The notes below the pieces were generated by a model. It was not told where the DNA came from. It saw nothing but the letters and a program-made list of their open reading frames with translations, and made no database searches. Made by a program: the position numbers and the translations under genes. From Trichosphaerium sp. ATCC 40318 (taxonomy: Eukaryota; Protista; Tubulinea), in the NCBI GenBank assembly GCA_038496445.1, contig JALMLS010000627.1, positions 62,001 to 126,000 of the forward strand: DNA of 64,000 nt. Reading direction: 5' to 3'. Shown here piece by piece: positions 13,560 through 26,700 of this stretch. How positions within the stretch are numbered: position 1 is the stretch's first letter; every line of letters starts with the position of its first letter.

Positions 13560-14481
13560 CTAGTTAGTATAATCTAAGTCCTCCCAGTCTTCCTTATTTT
13601 CTTCAAATTGTGCTGCTTCTGGCCTTAGGAATTGATCTTCTTGGCTCGCTTTTAGACACCATAGACGCTCTAAGTTCCAGGACATACGCTCCCTCTCTGT
13701 GAATAGCTGTACGACGATATCAGGCGTTTTAACAATGATCCAACCTTCCTGAGACTTAAAAATGACACTGTTTCCGCTCATTTTAAGCCTTGACTTTACT
13801 CTCGAACCAGTCGCGCGTAAGTGGGGTGTAGACTAGCTACGCGTAAGTGGTGGGCTAGTAAATAACGCGAAAAATGCCGTACCAATCCTGTTCCTACAAA
13901 CATTGTGCCTACCCAATCTGTTTTTGGTTTCATGTTAACAACCACGAGGTTTGCTATTTTCTCGTTTTTGAGTACTTCAAGTACGACATCAAATGCTTTC
14001 ATTTTCAGGTCCTCCTCGTTACGTTGTACAAGTGGCCCACGGTCAGCGTCTTCTCCGAGTTTTTCGTCCTCTGCAATGTCGCCCATTTGATCTTCTTCGC
14101 CTGGAGGAGTTATGTCAACCATTTCTGCCTGAAACTTCACGTTAGTATGAGTAAGTAGAATTTTACTTTGGTACGTCGTTATCCATATATTTGCTTGACT
14201 GTATTTTCAACTTTTCTAATCAAGAAATTACCAAACGACCGAAAACAACTATCGACAGTATACTGTAATTGGTACGCACCTAGTTTACCAAGTCTGGCGT
14301 CTTCTCCTTTTTGTGCATGTAATTTGTTTGCTCTTGAGCGCCCCCTACGCGACATGTATCTTTTGGTAGCTATTAGAGTCCTTAGGTTTAAGCGGTTGAT
14401 TGTTTTACCTGTAACGCCTGGACGCACTCTCTTAGCGTTTCCATGATAAACCGCCGCACGTCTACCTACCAAATGGAACAT
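13560..14481 (-). CDS. MALSU1: Ribosomal silencing factor RsfS/Iojap (MALSU1-like), probable mitochondrial presequence
   Basis: LKNEKIANLVVV...MFVGTG..RH and WIIVKTPDIVVQLFTERERMSWNLERLW; Arg-rich, acid-poor N-terminus; exact intron boundaries uncertain. Confidence 0.75.
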
Positions 14482-14693
14482 TAGTGAGTTTGCTGATAAG
14501 CGCGAAGTTCTCACGCTTAATAGCTTCACAAAAATACATCTTACGCTCAAGTAGCTAGGTACTACTACGCATTAACATGTTGCTCTTGTGAATATTCGTG
14601 TAGGATTTTTCTACTTTTCACCCACAACTGACACTGAATAAGTACGCCAAGTGGATTATCTAGGGGGCGGTGAATAACGCTGTAAATTTGCCT

Positions 14694-17600
14694 ATGTCAA
14701 CAAAGAAGAAAACTCAAGTTAGCGAGCCTATACCAACCGCTACAGCCAAGAATTTAGGAAACAACTTATACGACAAGCGTAAAGTAGGCGCTTTTGAAGT
14801 TGAAGTGCTCATTAAAGAGCTTATAAAGCAAAAGAAGACAGAAGGTATCCTTCCAGTTTCTAATACTGTATACTTATTCAATTAGGCATCCCTGCTGTAC
14901 TTGATAGCCTTGTCACAAATTTTGTAGAGTCAACGTCACAAAATGCGCGAAAAGGAGGTTTGATCGCCTTGGCTGCAGCAGCGCTTGGTCTAGGTTCAGT
15001 ATCCATCTGATTTTCACATACGCGATATTTCAACGGCTTTTGTTTTCATTAACCACACTAGCTTGTTAAACAATACACCAAACAGCTTATATTACCAGTA
15101 CTAAAATGCTTCGGTGGTACGTTTACTCATCAAATTCCGTTTATGATTTAATGAATTGCCCAGATCCTGATAATAAGGTCCGATATTACGCCTGCGAGTC
15201 GTTGTACAACATTGCTAAAGTCTGTCGTGCTGACATATTGCTCTACTTTAACGCTCTTTTTAATGGATTGTGTCAGGTAATGTGCACAAGTGCCTCTCTG
15301 AGTACTCAATAAAATTGTTCTTAAACTCTTTTAGTTGTCTGCTGATCCAGACAAAAACGTTAGAAGCGGTGCAGAACTTGTAGATAGGCTCACCAAGGCA
15401 CGTGCGCTTCTAGTGTTTTGAACAATTATCCTACAGGTTCTTACATTAGTAGGACATCGTCACTGAAGGCAACCCTTTCGACTTAGATAAGTTTATTCCA
15501 CTTTTATCAGAGCGCGTTAGAGTAACACATCCACTGTGCAGACAGGTATAAACTTAGTTTGATTTGATTGCTAAGAATTAAATACTATTGTAGTTCATTG
15601 TTGGATGGATTATGGTTCTTGACCAAGTACCCGACTTGGACCTGCTTCAACACCTTCCACAATTTTTGGATGGCATGTTCAATATGATTAGGTAAATTTG
15701 TTGGTATTTTTACTGACGTTAACGTATCGTAAAGCGGAGAAGAGAAAATAAGAACATTGACAGAAAATGCGCTTTCAGAGTTTTTAGAGGAGATTAAAAT
15801 GAAGCCCGAGAATACAGATTTTGGGCTCATGGTGCCTGTCCTCATATCCCATGCAAAATCGCCAGGTAAGATTTTTTTCTCTACTTTTGAAGCAAAGTCT
15901 TTTTTGGTCTCATCTATTTTAGTAAAATAATTCTCAAACTCACGATATTTTTTTGTAGACGAAAACACGTGTTTGACAGCATTGTATTGGATAAATGACT
16001 TTATATCTATCGGAAAAGAAAAGATATCAAAATATATTGCTGAACTTGTTCGTGGGATTTTACCTTGCATATCAAAGAGGAGCAAATGTACGTACTCTCA
16101 AACTCCCTTTTGGTTTTTTGTCCTCTTATTTACGCTTTCGTTGAATGTAGTGATTGAGTTGGCAGCTAGAAAAACTGATAAGACGCTCTTGGATTACGTT
16201 AAAGGGACAGACGCCAATCTTGCTGTTAAGGTATGATTGTTTTTTAAATTATCTGTCGCAAGGCTTTGTGCTTACTTTGGGTAACCATGAATAGGAGTTT
16301 ATAAATGTTGTCATCCAACATTTGGTCAATCAACCTAAATTGACGCGAATGGCCTCCCTACAATGGATCCTCGTCCTGCATGCTAAAGTTCCAGATCAAG
16401 TACACAAGCTAATGGATGATATATTTTCCCCTCTTCTTAAAACATTGTCAGATGCTGAAGAAGAAGTAAGTTATACAATCTCACAGTATAGCGTAATAAC
16501 ATGGTTTTTAAAGGTTGTCAAATTAGATTTGCGCGTATTGGCAAAGCTGACAGCCGATCAACCAAATCTATTCAACAGGTTAATGGTAAACTTAACAAAA
16601 TTGTTCCGTGCGAATCCACGGTTGCTTGAGTATCGTGGTAATCTCATAGGTGCGTGGTAAAAAACAATGCTATTGTGGATGGCATACTTTGTTCTTGTCT
16701 CACATTTCTTGTAGTACGCCAGATTGGTTTATTTATAAAACCCGAGAAGGTATTTAGAAGTGTGGCACGCATCCTACAGAGCGAAAGGGTACACTCTTTT
16801 TTGTTGTGCCAACGGTGTATTTACCTTTTTTTTCGTTAGGACCTTCGATTCGCTAATACGATGGTACAAACCCTCAACCTCATACTGCTTTCCTCAACAG
16901 AACTTTATGATGTTCGTGTAAAACTAAAGAATCTTGATAATGACGAAAGCAAAGATCTATTCACTGCACTATATCAGTAAGCACTTTTTAGAATCGTTAC
17001 AATAGAGATCTGCTGCAAGTACTGACAAAGGTATCATGTTAGATGTTGGTGCCACAGTCCATCGGCTGTATTTAGTTTATGTCTGCTTTCCAAAGCGTAC
17101 AAGCACGCATCAGACCTAATTGGAAAATTGTATGTACTACATCTTTCTTTACTTTGAAAAAAGCGCTAATCTTCATTTTAGTGGCGAACTTGAAGTCACT
17201 GTTGACTTTCTTATGGAGATAGATAAGCTTGTACAACTCATCGAATCACCAATATTCATAGGCAAGTTTTTAACAACATTTTACGCTATTGACGCCGTTG
17301 TGTAGGACTGAGACTTCAACTTCTGGAGCCTGAAAGACACCCTTATTTATTCAAATGTTTGTATGGTATTTTAATGTTACTACCACAAAGCAAAGCATTC
17401 GAAACACTCAAGAATAGACTTAATTCTGTCGCTTCACTTGGTGTTTTGCAATTAATACCAAACAGGTACACATCACGTGAAAAAAAAACAAAAACTGTGT
17501 GAACGTTTTTTGATTTTTAGGTGCTTTACTCATAATGATCTTTGTAGTAAAATGTCCACTCACGAAATAACTGGTATTGATTTTGCAACTTTGTTGGAAC

Positions 17601-17829
17601 AGTTTGAGAAATTACAACGGAAGCACGCCGAATATTTACGCAAGGGTACTCACTGCACAAAAGATTTCTTCGATATAGCTCTGATCTAAAACAATTATTA
17701 GTGCGCCTTGAGAACGAAAAACAAATTTCAAAGGGAACAGATACTTCTAAACGTTCAATCGACATAAGAAGAAGTGCTTCAGTAACACCAGTAACACCAA
17801 GGAAATCATCAAATGTCAATAAATCATAG
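14694..17829 (+). CDS. VAC14: VAC14 scaffold of the PIKfyve/Fab1 complex
   Basis: [83 protein letters not shown]. Confidence 0.95.
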
Positions 17830-17986
17830 TGTATTCACCCTTTTGACTGTACTTACAAACAATTAAATAAACAAGGTTGAAAATCACACGTGTGATTGGT
17901 TTTTTTGGGTAGCTTATACCTCACTTAGTGCACCTCATTGTGCTCTAAAAGTTACAACATAACTTATGCTTTATTACACAACTTTA

Positions 17987-18812
17987 TTACAACAAAGACT
18001 CCAAATCCAGTAACAACGAGGCAATTCGCTCGCAGTACCGAAGCAAATTTAAAAACCCAACGCAGTGCTCAAGGTTACACCTTTGAGCGTATATATCTTC
18101 GAACCGTCGCCGGTCAACAACTTGCCTCATAGCGGAGGCTATTTTTTTGTTTGGACGTATTTTTTTTGGGTCCCTAAACGCGGAGGGTGGCTTTCCCAGT
18201 AGCTGTCTCCAGTCCTTGAGAGTAAATACCGGTTTGTACGGTATACGCAAGTTTTTAGCTAAAGCCGCTGCAATTCTATGCAACTCATCGCTGAGGTGGT
18301 TACTTTGCCTCACGCCCACAAAAATTTTGAAAGTTCTCTCCTATACAAACATTAGCTGAAAAAGTAAAGTTGTTTTTTGAATACCGCTAGTGCGTCACTG
18401 TAGCCCTCTTTCATGGCTATCATTCCTTTGCTGGACAACGTTTTAGGGACAAATGACAATGTGCTAACGCGTACGATTTAAAAAGCAGCGGTTTTTTCGC
18501 TGCCGGCAGCTTGATGCCGTTCATAAACTGGTGCTTTACTTTCTTTTTAGAGGCATCCGCTAACTTGCGGCGTTTACTTGTTCTACATAGGCAGTGGTTA
18601 GTTGTTTTTTTTGACAAAAGTGTCAGATCCAATCTGTCTATAAATACACAACGGGCAGATAAGACGTGCAAAAGTGGTGCGTCTGTCTTGTTGACAATAA
18701 AAGTGTGACGTAATAGCGTTACAGCAAAAAAGCGTTGAGTCTCAACGAAACTAAAACAAACACAGCGAACTACGTACTTTTTGAGCGTGTCGTTTCCTCT
18801 TTGACGTTTCAT
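17987..18812 (-). pseudogene. Orphan protein family member 1 (frameshifted near 18450)
   Basis: Homologous to 34708-35580 and 40449-41019 (LA..L.IPY....TLKDWRQLL motif). Confidence 0.55.
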
Positions 18813-19019
18813 TTGCTTTTAATCTCTTACTGTTTTTGTTGTTAAGGTTTAAGTTTGACGCGGCGGGACACCCAAATTCCGTAAAAATTTCCACCCAAAG
18901 TCCAACGCTTTTACTACACAAGACTTCAAAAAAACGAGATGCTAAAATGTTTGTTGCAGTTTCTTTCTTTTTCTTTTCTTTAACTACTTCATTAGTTAAA
19001 CGATGTTGCTGTGATACCC

Positions 19020-19526
19020 TCTGAAAATGAATCTGTTAGTCGCATATTCGATCCTGCGTTAGTAGCCAAAGCTAAGTACCACACCATCCTGCTAAAAACT
19101 AAAAATTCCTAATGTACTTTTTAGGTTGGAACAATAAACTGTTTCGATACCAGATGGTGACCTTGTCAACGAACAAGCTGGTCTATCATTCCTCATAGGT
19201 GATCTTTATTATTTAACTGGCTCGATAGTTAACTTTCACCACTTCACCTCCAGCCCTTCCAGACGTAGTAGGCATGTGTTCTTTTATTGAAAGGTCAAAG
19301 TAGCTTACTCCTTGATTAGAAACAACGAATATCGGAGCTATAGTCGGTGGTGTATTTGCTGTTATTGTATTGATTCTAATGATCGTAGTCATGGTTGCTG
19401 TTATACTCTATAAGAATAAGCAACCTGGTAATCCTTGTACTATTTTTGTTTCTTTTTTTTTTCAGAATTTAACAAAAAACTTCAAGAAGAACTTGGCCGG
19501 TAAAGGAGATTTACTGGCCAAGTAAA
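19020..19526 (+). pseudogene. C-terminal fragment of a single-pass membrane protein
   Basis: IGAIVGGVFAVIVLILMIVVMVAVILYKNK transmembrane segment; upstream exons contain stops. Confidence 0.4.
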
Positions 19527-19925
19527 GTACGTAGTTGAGATTCTTTTGAATGAGAAAAAAATAAAATAGTATAACGTTTTATGTTCTGATCCTGTTACCA
19601 AGATTTGGTGCTGTCTAAAAAGCAACATACATTGACTTCTCCAAGAAATTTATTAAGCTGTTGGATGTACGAAGCAAATTGTCGGATTGATTTTTGTGTA
19701 CTGCTTAAGTTGTTGCGGATAAGATATAGAACATAGCTTCCACCAGCCATCAATTGCTCTTAGTGCAATATCTAGAGGCTCCTGAAGATGAAATACTGTA
19801 AGCTTTTGTATGAAAAAGAATCACAAGTTACAAACCTTTCGCTTCTCTTCTGTCACGAATAGAGCGTATAGTACTACCTTGATGTATCTAAAGAACACTA
19901 CTAACTCACTGAGGAATGTTATGTC

Positions 19926-20469
19926 GGGGGAAGAAAATGAGCAGGATTTTATTCCGGTCTTTTCAATTCCGTAAATCATTTCACATAAGGTAACTCAGCT
20001 GAGGAAATTCTGTGAAACGTGTTTCAAAAACAACAAACCAACCTTCTATCACCCCACAGCCATGTACTAAAATCACGTTTTAGTAATACTTTTTACTTAA
20101 ATTTTCCTTACTTACATTTTCACTACCACTATCATCGTAGTTAACCTCTAAGTCTTGTTCAGTCTTGGGAGCCATTCTCAATAATAAATGTTTTTCATCA
20201 AAAAGTCTTTATTTGCTTCACTTAAATGACTCACCCGGTGAACAACGAGAACTTTATTGACTAAAGGTGTCGATAATTCTCGCTTCTTGTGCACACCTTC
20301 TGTGCAACAACCCAAAAACCACAAATAAACGTCAACGAAAGCCCTCCACCGCCGCGTTGCTCCCCATCACCTTCTCTTGTTGCTTTTGGGGGGCTTACGC
20401 CTGGCTGGAACTTTTGCTTGTACAAAATTCTGCCAAACACGTGTCCATCGTTTACTTGTTCTATCTAGT
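19926..20469. repeat. Dispersed repeat, inverted copy at 28601-28993
   Basis: About 20177-20469 matches 28601-28894 and 19926-20011 matches 28909-28993 (reverse complement). Confidence 0.85.
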
Positions 20470-23254
20470 CCCTTGTGTCACCGTCTCGGTAGAGTTAGTC
20501 ACTAAACTGTCGTAGGTTTTCAGTCGAAATTACCAGGTTTTGAATAACCATAATGACTTTCTTCATCAAAAAGACAAGTGTTCAACAGCTAATTTACAAA
20601 ATCACGTGAGATTTATGGACGTAGTTGGGCTTTAGTACCTATTTGGTAGTCCACAGAATGTGGATCACAGAATTTAGCTGCTCTTTGGATGATTTTGATT
20701 GCATTTGGGACTTCATCTTTTGTATCAGTATACGAACAAGTTCGTATGGATCTCCGTACGAGTTTGTACAAGTATACAAGTTTCAAAATGTACGTTTGCA
20801 TCATCTCACAAATAATAACGATGCTGTTGTTGATACCTAATTGAACTAAGTACAAAGGGATGACACTAAAAACGTTTTTTAAACTGAGTACCCATTAGGA
20901 TTTTATCGAATTCGTCTGCATGCTTCAGACGAACAGTTGGACTTAGTGCTAGAAACTCATTTTAGTTTAAACTGCACATCGAGAAAGTTCTGTTTACCTC
21001 AGTTTCATAAAGAGCTTCAATAATAAGATACATTTCCCAACTAATGTCTGACACTCATTTCGTATCTCTATGCGAATATTGTCATCCATGATAAACGGCG
21101 TGTTGTCTTTAACGAGTTCCAAAAACAAAATCTAGAAGAGTATTTAGATTGAGACAATGAGAAAAAGTAAGAAGGTCGTTACATACGATTGCAAGGTTAA
21201 GTTCGATAAACTTGCGAAGACCATCCTCATCAAGTTGTGCAATATCTTTAAATGGTACTGAAGTCAACTTGGATACATTCTCAGCGGTCCTTTACTTTAT
21301 CCATCATCTCATTAATCTCCTTTTCAACATTGTTAACACTATTCTCAGTGAAATCTTGGCTGGTTGTCGAAAGAACAAACCGTACATCACATTCCGCCTT
21401 GTCGGAGGTGTTTGGCTTCTTCTTTACGATATCCATGGCATCAGCCAACATCATCTCATTTTCTTTAGGAGGATTGTTCTGCGAGTAAAATTTTTAGGAT
21501 ACTATAAAATCCAAGCAAGTTGGTGTTCCGTACTTGGTCAGGCATTTTGAAGCCAGACTTGGAAGCCTTGGGTTTGATACTAGATCCTAACACATGTAGA
21601 ACAGATTCAAGTGACCGTCATACCATTGACATGAACAGTTCCTGGTGTGCCAGGAAGTGGTTTATCTTTTAGTTTAGCTTGGATCTCGTGAGGACCAGGT
21701 TCAATTGGTATATTCAACACTGTATGTTCCATCATCATTATCACTGGAAGAGATTTCCACTTGGTGTTTTAAAACTAACAGAAAGAGGATCACCGCCTGT
21801 CATCTGTGGCCAACCAGCGCTATCCTTGGTCTTAATCTCAAACTTATTTGGAACACCAGTAGCAGAATTGAGTCATGGACCGGCCACTGAAGACGTTGTA
21901 GGATCAGACTCTATAAAGTTATATTGTTGGACAAAAAAACTCCAGAAGTCTTTTGACTGATAATTTGTTTACCTGGAACTACTTTAATCTCGACAGGATC
22001 TAAAAGAGGTACACCATTACACATTATATTAAAATAACATGGTTCCACATCTTTAGGGATGAACCATCATCGTTCTTTTTAACATTCGCTAAACGAAAGA
22101 TTAGCACTAGGCTTCAAATGATGAAAAAAAAAGACTAATAACCGTACCTCTCGGCGTTTCTTGTGCGAATTTCGGCTGGATGTTTGCTTGCCAAGTTGTT
22201 TACTGGCATGGTTCCTCTCTTTGAGTCTTCGAGAGTTACGCCTATCTGAGCTGGGTTTTCAGCATGCGGATCTACCGACGCCATACAAAGACTTTTGGTG
22301 AAGAGTTTGGGTCACGTGGTTTTCCTCAAGTGCAGCTGGTGCTAAGCGAAATAATGAGAATATTTAAAGAAAATAAACTTTGAGCTTTAAAATACGTACC
22401 AACACGACCAGAAGCAAGTATTGGACAACTCACTATGGGTTTACCATCCTTATTGATATCTACTGTATTCACCAGGTTCCTCAGGGTTGAACTTAGTCGG
22501 ATTACCCTTGTTATCTCTAAGAACGAATTGTCGTGGATGGGCAGCTTGTAGACAGTTACAAATAAACCACTGAGTTTTTTAAGTACCGACTGGTTTTGTT
22601 GTCAGTATGCGACCAACTGGCTTTGCAGGTTGTTTTTTAAGAGGTTGTGTCTTTGTAAGCTGCTGATACGGAACCTAGACGAAAACACCTTCTTGGTTCT
22701 GGATTACCATATTCTGAGCTATGAGGGCCTGTACTGAACCCACTTGGCCGAGGTTTTGGTTTTGAAGAATACTCTACAGGTTTTTTGACCTGTTTTGGCT
22801 TGGACTTCTTTTTAGCTGATGGGTTGTCTTTTGGAGTTGCTCTGAAAGGAGCCATTTGATCCAATTTAAGCTTCCCTATTGGTCTAGATACAATACGCTT
22901 CGATCCGCTCACTTAGCATCAAGTGAGTAACTATAGGTGTACAGCAACTAACGCACCAGGTGTTCCATCTGTATTAGGAAATCCTGGTATTGGTTTGTCA
23001 CCGATTCCAGCATGAATAGCCACATTCCCTGGTATTTGAGGTACGTAAGAAACATCACAAGTTCCGTCACCATTATCCTAGGTTGAAGTCATGGACGACA
23101 GAGTAATTAATAATAAGTCGTACATCAATAGATACTGGTACAAGATTACCGTCTTCATCAACTACAGCTACAGAAAGTGGATCGCAACCACCTGTTTGCG
23201 GGTTGCCATTGTCGTCTTTAGCAACGACCTTAAATTTGTTTGGAGATCCGACTT

Positions 23255-24232
23255 TAGTACAAGGGCTTTTTGAGAGTTTTGAAATGTGCATTATCCATAT
23301 TTGGAGTATTAGACTGGATATTTCAGTGAATTAGATGAAACTATCCTCGAATACCTTTGATCAACGTAAAACGAAGATACAAAACGCTCATAAACACCAA
23401 TGCAATGCAATGGAGCGAAGGAAATTGCGTTTTATCAACATTTCTCAATACCACTTTTTATTTTTATCCACAAATGAATGGTACATAAGTATTTCAATTT
23501 TCCTTGTATATCGGCGAAGGAATCGACAACTGTTAACGTGGAGAGCGTATCCAAGCACCCGGTTTGTGCAAGAACCATGGCTTGTAGGTACCGTAGCTCT
23601 CCATCCTATCGGGCTCTTGAGCACGACAACCCCGGTACGGCCAGGAGATACATTCCAGCACCGTTCGTTAACCCTGGACGCTGAGGGCTCCCACATTGCA
23701 CCCGGGAGCCGTCTTAAAACGACAAGATTGTCTTTTTGCTAGTACAGGTAAAGTATCAACGAAAAATACAACCATAACGTCGCTAATATGCCCAAAGTAT
23801 CAAAATAAAAGGTAAAGATTATTGTGAATTTATGTTAAATATCGATTAGTATTGTTATTTGGACAGAATTATACCATTGTGCGCTTACGTATTTGAAGCC
23901 TGAGATGATAGCGTTGAAACTTTGTACGGGTACACATCCAATTTTACCAAAGGTATTTACAGTGGCACTATCAAAAGGCAACGTTCAGCACGTAGAGGTA
24001 GCCCGCTTAGTTGGGACCACCTCTATCAACACCTTTTAAAGCAAAGGGATAACTGCTTCAAATTATAACTTCCGCTTACCAAGAACCATTTACAAAACGA
24101 GAACAGTGGTTTCTTAGTACGAATCTTGTTCAAACTTTATGCCTAACCAGGTGTTATGGTCTTTCTATTAATACCTTCGGGCTCGTAAAACGTAATTTGT
24201 AAACAGTTTGAAAATAAACAATTTATTTATTA
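23255..24232 (+). mobile_element. Dispersed repeat copy 2, inserted in a filamin-repeat exon
   Basis: Splits SGPGVFA / KVGSPNKF; near-identical to 23-803 apart from a 187 bp extra segment and a diverged upstream stretch. Confidence 0.75.
23486..23742 (+). ncRNA. Putative structured RNA cassette, type A (copy A2)
   Basis: GGAAT/ATTCC closing stem; TGGAGAGC/GCTCTCCA long hairpin; loop pairings TGTTAA-TTAAC and GTGCAA-TTGCAC; T5 tract. Confidence 0.55.
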
Positions 24233-26379
24233 CGGCAAATACTCCAGGACCAGATACAGCGCATTGAGATGGAGCAGTTTCTAAATACTTGTAAGACATT
24301 TCTGCTGAACAGTAAGTCACTCATTATCACCTTTAAGAACTGGTATTTTTAGAGGTGCACGTGGTGATTTGCCGTTGTCATCTCCAAATGATAAATTATG
24401 TGACGCTTCAGTTTGAGGTGTAACTGATACGGTACGAGAGCCATGGATTGTTGTAAACAGTGACTTAAAAAAGAACTAATAATGTAAAAAAACGATCCAA
24501 CGATTGATAGCATCTCTAACTTCCAAACGAGGTATTGTATTTCTCCTGTTACAGGATATTGTACAGATAATCCAACACCTATAGGTGTATTTAAGTGACC
24601 TGAAGGATCATCGCTTCTTTTGCGCCAAGTGAATAGCTTAGGCTTCATAGAGAGCTTTTCAGGAGAATCAACTTGGGAATGAAACCATTAGCACATAATG
24701 AAATACAGCAGAAAAAAATGAGAAGGTGATTGACGCAGCCTTAGACCTTTTTGGAGGTGCTGTTGTTTGCCCCAAAGGAGCATCTGCCTTTTCGAAAACA
24801 ACAGGCTCTAAACAAACATGAGTCAACAATCTAGTCGCTCCATTAAATCAAAAATGTACCTGTTGATGCATAGTCGCTTGGTTCTCCTGCAACTGGAATT
24901 TCCGTGGGAATCCTTTAAGTGGTTTTCCATTGCTCACGACATTAGCGGAACATGTACCAGGTGTGAAAGTGCAATAAGTGCCATCACCATTGTCCTGTAT
25001 TTGCTAGGTAAAGGCTGGCTTGTCTTAATACATACCTTTACTTCAACTGGAACTCGTGTGCCACCAACAGACACCACTGGTACAATATCATGTCCACCTC
25101 TTCGAATAGGTTTACCTGCGTCATCACGTGCGGCTACTTGTAGTGTAACAGGTGATCCAACTAAAGCTGCAGGTATGCTTCCTTTAGATCCTGACTTATC
25201 GGAGCTTAAAGCTATAAATCTTGTTAACAACAACAATATTGCTTAGAGTATTTGTACGTGGTGTGAAAGCAAGCTTCCGGATCACTAAACAATGGCTCTC
25301 CACCAACCATGACATCCATACTAACTTCTTCTGGTTGTTTTGGAGAGAATTTACCAGCAAAACAGCCATCTGGACACTTACATAATTTTTTTGTTTGGAT
25401 GAAAAGACAAGAAAGAACTCTGCTGAGCCAAACAAGAATACTTTAACATCATTTTCAGGTACATCCGCAATAGGATTCTCGAGAGTTATGCCAACTTTGT
25501 ATTCTTTATCACTAGGACTAGCATTTAATCCGTCACCACGACTCCATACAATAGCTATCGGACAATCTCTGACTCTTCTCGAATAACCAAAAACTTACAG
25601 CATGACACTTTTGCTTTGATCGGTTTAAGAAAAAGAGGTTCTCCAGCTCGTTCTACTTGGATATTATACTCCCCAGCAGTCCGAGGGTGGAACTTCACAC
25701 CGTAATACACTAGAATCAGGTTCAACTTCGTAAACCTCACCTTTTTGCTTCGAATAAGAATACAATTATGAATGATAGATAAACTACTCTTACCTCTTGG
25801 ATTATCAACTCCAGATATTACAGTAACCAATTCAAATGGATCAACTACACAACGTATACCTTGCGGGTCGGTAAGTGTAAATTGTCCAGGGTGGTATGGT
25901 TCAACGCCAGCCTTTGCTTTTTCTTCGGAAAAAGACAGTTAGTTTTTTTAAACTTCAGGTGCTCGGACATTTGATCCATAGCAAGCTTCTCTACTATCAG
26001 GTATGTTATTGCTTCTATAGAATACTTATAGGCTTCCTAGAAGCATATTATGTAGAGCTCTTAACTTTAATCCAACATTCGCCGGTAAACAAAACAGATT
26101 TCTCTTTTTTTTTTTGCCAAGTTGTTTTTAGCTTGTACCTTAGATGACACTATTTCAATATTACGTTTAAGTATTGAATACCTCACTGATGGACTTGTTC
26201 CGAAGATAGCCCAAATCATTAACCTTAGATTTTAGTATGTGTGCAAGAAAATAAAACCAGCTTTTCATAAGTACTAAAAAAGAGAAGGTATGAATAATAC
26301 AAGACGTGATTTTCTGTTTATTTAGCATAAAATATCTAGTACAAAGAGCGATGTATGGCTTTTGGTACACGTACGTAAT

Positions 26380-26700
26380 GTCACGACTAATTGAGGAGGT
26401 TAATTCCAATCTCAAGTGTTGTGGGAATGCAATACAAGAAAAAAGCCAGCTGAAGAAAAACCCGATATTAACAGACTTACTGTCAACATAGGAGACAACA
26501 AATACAATCCTAAGTTACCTAAAAAGTATGTAACAACTATCACGTGTTTTGAGGAAAAAATTCACATGGGGTTTTGTAGGGCTACGTTAGATGCAAGAAC
26601 ATATGCTTTTTGTTGGCGAAAAAAACGCAAGAGATCGTCCAAGTTTTGAAGAAATTGCTGAGATACTTAATCCTCTCATTGAAGCATCAGAGGATGCATC
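26380..26700 (+). pseudogene. Tyrosine-kinase-like C-lobe fragment
   Basis: VLWECNTRKKP...PKLP and NARDRPSFEEIAEIL; frameshifted, no intact N-lobe seen. Confidence 0.55.

Larger units (their letters stand above)
20900..25979 (-). pseudogene. Disrupted filamin/ABP280-repeat protein gene
   Basis: Filamin repeats (SGPGV..KVGSPNKFKVVAKDDNGNPQTGG; VGSPVTLQVAARDDAGKPIRRGG; FEIKTKDSAGWPQMTGG); stops, frameshifts and a ~980 bp insertion; 3' end approximate. Confidence 0.7.

Noticed and set aside
23668-23676. TTAACCCT as a telomerase RNA template
   Set aside because: Present only in A2; A1 and A3 read TTAACACT
23686-23710. ATTGCAC loop as the U1A site of a U1/U2 snRNA
   Set aside because: No ACTTACCT 5' end, U2 branch-pairing region or Sm site; the motif varies in B and C together with its pairing partner
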